A stretch of 64,000 bases of DNA from Capsulimonadaceae bacterium (GTDB taxonomy: Bacteria > Armatimonadota > Armatimonadia > Armatimonadales > Capsulimonadaceae). This document shows positions 59,236 to 64,000 of this stretch, piece after piece; within the stretch, counting starts at the first letter, position 1; each line of letters opens with the position of its first letter. A program made the position numbers and the translations under genes. Location: assembly GCA_965215505.1 (NCBI GenBank), contig OZ244065.1:5984001-6048000 (forward strand). The letters run 5' to 3'. The notes under the pieces were generated by a model. That model was not told the origin of the DNA, searched no databases, and worked only from the letters and a program-made list of their open reading frames with translations.

Positions 59236-60333
59236 ATGATCCAGGACAGTCTTACGCTCTCACAGTTCCGGCAGCATCAGGAAGCGCTCGAGGCTCAGAT
59301 CTTGTCGCCCTACGCGGTCCAGGCCGCGAACACGCGCGGGCGGGCAAAGCCCGAGGAGCCGGACCCGATCCGCACCGAGTTCCAGCGGGACCGGGACCGG
59401 ATTCTGCACTCCAAAGCCTTCCGGCGGCTCAAGCACAAGACGCAGGTCTTTATCGACCCCGAGGAAGACCACTACCGGACTCGGCTCACGCACACGCTGG
59501 AAGTGGCCCAAATCGCGCGCACCCTGGCCCGCGCCCTGCGCCTGAACGAAGACTTGACCGAGGCCATCACCCTGGCCCACGATTTGGGCCATACCCCCTT
59601 CGGCCATGGCGGCGAGGAGGCGCTTGACCAAGTCCTACGCGAGTACGTCCCTGGCGCGGAGTTCAAGCACTATGACCAGAGCCTCCGCATCGTGGACGTG
59701 CTGGAAAAGCACGGCGAGGGCCTGAACCTGACCTGGGAGGTCCGCGACGGCATCTTGGGCCACTCCAAGGGCAGCAAAGATCTAGGCATCGTGGAGGGGA
59801 CAAACCTGCCGACCTCTTTGGAGGGCATGTGTGTCCGCATCGCCGACCGCATCGCCTACATCAACCACGACATTGACGACAGCGTCCGGGCGGGCGTCCT
59901 CGACCTGGCGGACCTGCCTCAAGATACCCTGGACGTGCTGGGCCGCTCCCATTCGGGGCGCATCGGCACGATGGTGATGAACGTCCTGGAAAGCAGCGTC
60001 GGTCAGGCGGAAGTCAGGATGACCGGCGAGGTCCTGGCGGCCACCAACAAGCTCAAGGACTACATGTACGCGAACGTCTACACAATGGACACGCGCGGCA
60101 ACGTCGAGCTGCACAAGGCGCAGTTCATGCTCAAAGAGCTGTTCCGGCTCTACATGGGGTCCTCGCAGATGCTCCTGCCGATGGAGGACTTCGCCCCCGG
60201 CACCTTCGAGGGCCTGTCCGTGGAGGACCGCGCCCGCCGCGTCACGGACTTCATCGCGGGCATGACGGACCGCTACGCCACCATGAAGTTCAAGCAGCAC
60301 TTCTTCCCAGCAGCGTGGAATGTGTCTGAATGA
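59236..60333 (+). CDS. dgt: dGTP triphosphohydrolase-like HD protein
   Basis: FQRDRDRILHS, RRLKHKTQVF, RTRLTHTLEV, HDLGHTPFGH, DFIAGMTD. Confidence 0.93.
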   Translation: MIQDSLTLSQFRQHQEALEAQILSPYAVQAANTRGRAKPEEPDPIRTEFQRDRDRILHSKAFRRLKHKTQVFIDPEEDHYRTRLTHTLEVAQIARTLARALRLNEDLTEAITLAHDLGHTPFGHGGEEALDQVLREYVPGAEFKHYDQSLRIVDVLEKHGEGLNLTWEVRDGILGHSKGSKDLGIVEGTNLPTSLEGMCVRIADRIAYINHDIDDSVRAGVLDLADLPQDTLDVLGRSHSGRIGTMVMNVLESSVGQAEVRMTGEVLAATNKLKDYMYANVYTMDTRGNVELHKAQFMLKELFRLYMGSSQMLLPMEDFAPGTFEGLSVEDRARRVTDFIAGMTDRYATMKFKQHFFPAAWNVSE

Positions 60334-60358
60334 CGCCCTTTGTACACGGTGAAGAGCA

Positions 60359-60610
60359 ATGCGGAGCAAGCGTCAGAAAGTTCAGTATCCGGTCGTTCTA
60401 CGCGATCCCATAGAAGACGATCCGATCATGCAGATCTATCTGGAGATGGCTGAAGAAGAGGCTCATGCGGAACTTGCTGCCAAAGACCGCAGTAGAGGTT
60501 TTGGGTATGGTTCTGTGCTAGACATGGCTAAGAAGCGGATTCTGAAGCAGAAGTATCAGATCGACTGGAAGACGCTTCAGGAAATGAATCCTGACTGGGC
60601 TTTCGACTAG
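60359..60610 (+). CDS. Small hypothetical protein (lower GC)
   Basis: 83 aa; DPIE...KKRILKQKYQIDW..EMNP. Confidence 0.65.
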   Translation: MRSKRQKVQYPVVLRDPIEDDPIMQIYLEMAEEEAHAELAAKDRSRGFGYGSVLDMAKKRILKQKYQIDWKTLQEMNPDWAFD

Positions 60611-60614
60611 GAGC

Positions 60615-60759
60615 GCCACGGGTTGAAACCCGAGGCTAGGAAGTGCCCAGCGTCCAGGGGACGCCCCGAGACATACGGCTTTGCTTCCCCCTTCTTACGT
60701 CCTTGTCTTCCGTCCCCTGGACGGTGGGCTTTTGTCAGCCTCGGGTTTCAACCCGTGGC
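60615..60759. repeat. Inverted pair of two-hairpin REP-like units (REPIN-like)
   Basis: GCCACGGGTTGAAACCCGAGGCT...CGTCCAGGGGACG // CGTCCCCTGGACG...AGCCTCGGGTTTCAACCCGTGGC. Confidence 0.85.
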
Positions 60760-60781
60760 TCCTCTCGTCAGGACGAACCCC

Positions 60782-62098
60782 GTGAAAACATACCCGCTCA
60801 CCCTGCTCGGCATCGCCGCCGCTCTCTGCCTCACCCTCAGCGCCGCGCCCGCCACCCGCGCTCAGACTGCTGCCCTATCCACTGAAGACTTCCTCAACCG
60901 CCTCGGCGTCAACACCCACCTCAACGGCCTGACCAAAGACGACCCCTGGAACACCGATGCGGCCCAGGTCGCCTCACAGCTAAAATACATCGGCGTCCGG
61001 CTCGACCGCGACTGGGCCTGGTCGGTCGCCGACGGGCGGAAGTGGAAGGCCGTCCAGGCGGTGTGGGGGCCTTACGGGCGCTTCTGGACCTCCATTGATG
61101 AGGCCAGTCCCGCAAACCAGCGCAAAGACTTAGGCTTCGAGGAAACGATCCAGCAGACCTATCCGGGCCTGATCTACGCGATGGGTGGCCCGAACGAGGA
61201 GGACAACACCTACCCGCAGGCGCAGGGTGCGACCCTGCCCGACTCCGCGCTGGTGCAGCGGTCCCTTTACACCTGGGCGCACTCGGGCGGGCGCAGTGTC
61301 CCCGTCAGCCAGATGGAGTTCGGGGCGGGCTGGACGGCGGCGAACGACTGGCAGGGCGATTACAACCCGGCAAACACGGGCCTTCACCAGCCTTACACGC
61401 CCGGCCCCGCCGACTTCGCGGGCGCACACACCTACCTCAGCAACCCGACCCAGAAGCCCGTTGACGTGCTGAACGGCCTGCGGACCCGTGCCCACCTGAC
61501 GACGCCGGGCAAGCCGGTCGCCCACACCGAAGTGGGGGCTTACACACAGGCGAACCTCTCCACCCGCGTCTTCGGCCAGTTCCTCGTCATGGGCGCGCTC
61601 GACAGCGCGGCAGGCGGCGACGCCGCCTACCTCGTCTACGGCCTTCAAGACAGCGCCCCCGAGCGCTCCTACGGCTTTTACGCCTTCCCCGGCGGCAAGC
61701 CGCACGAGGCCGCCGACTACTTCCACACGATGACGACCCTGCTGAAGAGTTCCAGCGGCGGCTACGGCCCCGGAACGCCGCACGCCTTCACCCCCAAGCC
61801 GCTCGCCGCGACCTTCTCGGACCCCGCCGTGAGTCATCTCGTGATGCAGAAGCCGACCGGCGAGTTCGTCGTCGTCGCCTGGTCCGAGCAGCTAATGAAC
61901 GGCACGGAACACGCCGCCTCAGACACTATCGGCTTCGGCAAATCATTTGCCACTGTGCGCGTCTACGACATTGAGGACGGCCTGATGCCCATCGCCGTGC
62001 TTCATCATGTGAGCCGATACGCTCCCGCCATGAAGCCGAGCGACACCTACTTTCTAGTGTTGAGCGATGAAGGCGGTACGCTGCCACACAAACCATGA
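60782..62098 (+). CDS. Secreted glycoside hydrolase-like protein (clan A-like)
   Basis: Signal peptide; LGVNTH, GPNE acid/base, HTEVG nucleophile. Confidence 0.7.
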   Translation: MKTYPLTLLGIAAALCLTLSAAPATRAQTAALSTEDFLNRLGVNTHLNGLTKDDPWNTDAAQVASQLKYIGVRLDRDWAWSVADGRKWKAVQAVWGPYGRFWTSIDEASPANQRKDLGFEETIQQTYPGLIYAMGGPNEEDNTYPQAQGATLPDSALVQRSLYTWAHSGGRSVPVSQMEFGAGWTAANDWQGDYNPANTGLHQPYTPGPADFAGAHTYLSNPTQKPVDVLNGLRTRAHLTTPGKPVAHTEVGAYTQANLSTRVFGQFLVMGALDSAAGGDAAYLVYGLQDSAPERSYGFYAFPGGKPHEAADYFHTMTTLLKSSSGGYGPGTPHAFTPKPLAATFSDPAVSHLVMQKPTGEFVVVAWSEQLMNGTEHAASDTIGFGKSFATVRVYDIEDGLMPIAVLHHVSRYAPAMKPSDTYFLVLSDEGGTLPHKP

Positions 62099-62108
62099 TG
62101 CGCGATCA

Positions 62109-62259
62109 GGATCGGACGAGTGATTAAAATCACTCGCTCCCGTCGGACCTGTCCAGGGGACAGAAGACGGAAAACGTGGACCATCGGCCATGGCTCCTGT
62201 CCGCTTGTCCCTTGGACAAATCCTACCGAAGCGAGTGATTTTAATCACTCGTCCGATCC
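62109..62259. repeat. Inverted pair of two-hairpin REP-like units (REPIN-like)
   Basis: GGATCGGACGAGTGATTAAAATCACTCGCT and its exact reverse complement; inner TGTCCAGGGGACA/TGTCCCTTGGACA. Confidence 0.85.
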
Positions 62260-62280
62260 AGTAAGAAAGGCTAGTGCCGC

Positions 62281-63120
62281 ATGACACTCCGAAACACCGC
62301 CGTCAACATCCTTGCCCCGCTCCTGCTGGCCGCCGCCCTCTGCACCCCCGCGCTCGCCCAGGCCGCGCCCCCGGCCAAAAAGTTCGTCAGCCTCAAAAAA
62401 GGCTTCGACGCCGTCGTCCGGCCCGACGGCAAGTGGCGCGCACAGGTCACCGCCCTGCGCGCCCACTGGTTTTATAGCTGGGGCGGCGACGAGCCGCCTG
62501 ACCTGCCCCCCGGCATCCAGTTCGTGCCGATGGATTGGGGCTACTACGGCAACAAGGACGACAGCCTGGTGAAGTGGCTGGCGAAGGTCAAGGCACAGCC
62601 CGGTGTCCCTGCCCTGCTCGGCTTCAATGAGCCGGACGGCAAGGACCAGGCCAACCTGAGCGTGGAACGTGCCTTAGAGGGCTGGCCGTATCTCATGCAA
62701 ACGGCTCTCCCCCTGGGCAGCCCCGCCGCCGTCCACGCCGACGGCGACTGGATGAAGGCTTTCATGGCGGGTGCCGAGGCGAAGCACTACAGGGTGGACT
62801 TCATCACGATTCACTGGTACGGCGGCGCGGACCCGCAGGGATTCCTTGCCTACCTCGCCCGCGTCCACGCCCTGTACCACCGCCCGCTCTGGGTGACGGA
62901 GTTCGCACCCGCCGACTGGTCGGGACACCATGGAGTTACGCCGCAGCAGGCCGCCGACTTCATGCGGGTAGCCCTGCCGGGCATGGACAGGCTGGACTAT
63001 GTGCAGCGCTACTCCTGGTACTCCGCCTCCCCCGATGACGCCGCCCTGGGCGCGTCCGCCCTGTTCGGCAAGGACGGTTCGCTGACCGACCTGGGCCGCC
63101 TCTATGCCTCGTTGCCTTGA
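62281..63120 (+). CDS. Secreted GH128-like glycoside hydrolase
   Basis: KKG, WFYSW, FVPMDWG, LGFNEPD, IHWYG, PLWVTEF, VQRYSW. Confidence 0.85.
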   Translation: MTLRNTAVNILAPLLLAAALCTPALAQAAPPAKKFVSLKKGFDAVVRPDGKWRAQVTALRAHWFYSWGGDEPPDLPPGIQFVPMDWGYYGNKDDSLVKWLAKVKAQPGVPALLGFNEPDGKDQANLSVERALEGWPYLMQTALPLGSPAAVHADGDWMKAFMAGAEAKHYRVDFITIHWYGGADPQGFLAYLARVHALYHRPLWVTEFAPADWSGHHGVTPQQAADFMRVALPGMDRLDYVQRYSWYSASPDDAALGASALFGKDGSLTDLGRLYASLP

Positions 63121-63127
63121 TGCCGCG

Positions 63128-63156
63128 TTGACAACCCGGCGGCGATGCGGTATCAT
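63128..63156 (+). promoter_or_regulatory. Sigma70-type promoter of atpG
   Basis: TTGACA-N17-TATCAT. Confidence 0.75.
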
Positions 63157-63202
63157 AAGCCCAAAGATTTTCCTTCCCAGCACCCGACTTTAAGGACCCA
63201 CC

Positions 63203-64000
63203 ATGGCAACCCCACGACAGATCCGCGGCCGTATCCGTGTCGCCAAGAACATCCAGCAGATCACCAAGGCGATGAAGATGGTCGCCGCCGCCCGCCTGCG
63301 CCGCGCCCAGGAGGCGGTCGGCGCGGCCCGGCCTTACGCCGAGAAGATGCGGGACGTCATGCAGAGCCTCGGCGACAGCGGCGGCAGCAGCGTCCGGCAC
63401 CCGCTCCTGCGCCGGGTCGAGGGCGAGCCTCAGACCATCGGCGTCATCCTCGTGACGGCGGACCGCGGCCTGTGCGGGGCCTATAACTCCAGCGTCATCC
63501 GACGCGCCAATGACCTCGTCAAGCCGTTCGGGCCGGACCGGGCCAAACTCGTCTGCGTCGGCAAGAAGGGCGCGACCTTCTTCCGGCGGCGCGGGTATGA
63601 CGTGGCCGCCGAGAACCCCGTTCCCGCCACCGGAATCAGCTTCGCCGACGCCCAGGCCATCTCGCGGACGGCCCGCGAGCTGTTCGCGTCGGGCCAGGTG
63701 GATGCCCTCTACCTCATCTACACGCAGTTCCAGTCGGCCATGACTCAGCGGCCCCAGACCCTCACCATCCTCCCGATCCAGCCACCAACAGCGGCGGCCG
63801 GGGCCGCGCCCGCCCAGCCGGTGGACTACATCTTCGAGCCGGACCCTGAGCAGATATTAGGCGGCCTCCTCCCCCGCTATGTGGACACCCAGGTCTACCA
63901 GGCCGTCGTCGAGAGCATCGCCTCCGAACACGGCGCGCGCATGACCTCCATGTCCAGCGCCACCGACAACGCCGGCAAGATGATCTCCAACCTCACCCTC
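63203..64000 (+). CDS. atpG: ATP synthase F1 gamma subunit (runs off the right edge)
   Basis: Manual translation: MATPRQIRGRIRVAKNIQQITKAMKMVAAARLRRAQ...ADRGLCGAYN...ASEHGARMTSMSSATDNA. Confidence 0.95.
   Translation, partial: MATPRQIRGRIRVAKNIQQITKAMKMVAAARLRRAQEAVGAARPYAEKMRDVMQSLGDSGGSSVRHPLLRRVEGEPQTIGVILVTADRGLCGAYNSSVIRRANDLVKPFGPDRAKLVCVGKKGATFFRRRGYDVAAENPVPATGISFADAQAISRTARELFASGQVDALYLIYTQFQSAMTQRPQTLTILPIQPPTAAAGAAPAQPVDYIFEPDPEQILGGLLPRYVDTQVYQAVVESIASEHGARMTSMSSATDNAGKMISNLTL

Overview
A GC-rich bacterial chromosomal segment, densely coding on both strands. A VPEASTVVSLG-type PEP-CTERM tail and a C-terminal GVWPPPP motif suggest Armatimonadota, but that is inference only. Housekeeping genes: pyrK/pyrD, trpE, fba, nupC, phnDCE, rlmN, xylA, guaB-like/guaA, nth, pgm, nadE, an AhbAB-like fusion, a dGTPase and the start of atpG. 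Accessory or unusual elements: (1) a Y1/HUH transposase flanked by 58-bp inverted repeats, with related two-hairpin repeats and GTAG-type REPs elsewhere in the window; (2) a perfect 34-bp inverted-repeat element with a nested REP, translated in frame inside trpE; (3) an unannotated WWW leader peptide, promoter and attenuator upstream of trpE; (4) an rlmN / Regnase-like NYN RNase / WYL regulator run; (5) a stand-alone PLD-type nuclease near a Clp1-like polynucleotide kinase; (6) a c-di-GMP cluster with two PilZ genes sharing a sigma28-like promoter, plus EAL and GGDEF genes, the latter with a premature amber; (7) a Met/His-rich metal-handling operon headed by a Cys-rich leader ORF ending in RGPP...RAPP, a candidate ribosome-arrest peptide; (8) a MazF-type TA pair between guaB and guaA; (9) many genes with a -10 box 5-7 nt before the start codon, suggesting leaderless mRNAs. 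I saw no rRNA, tRNA or CRISPR array. All product calls come from motifs recognised by eye; no searches were run.
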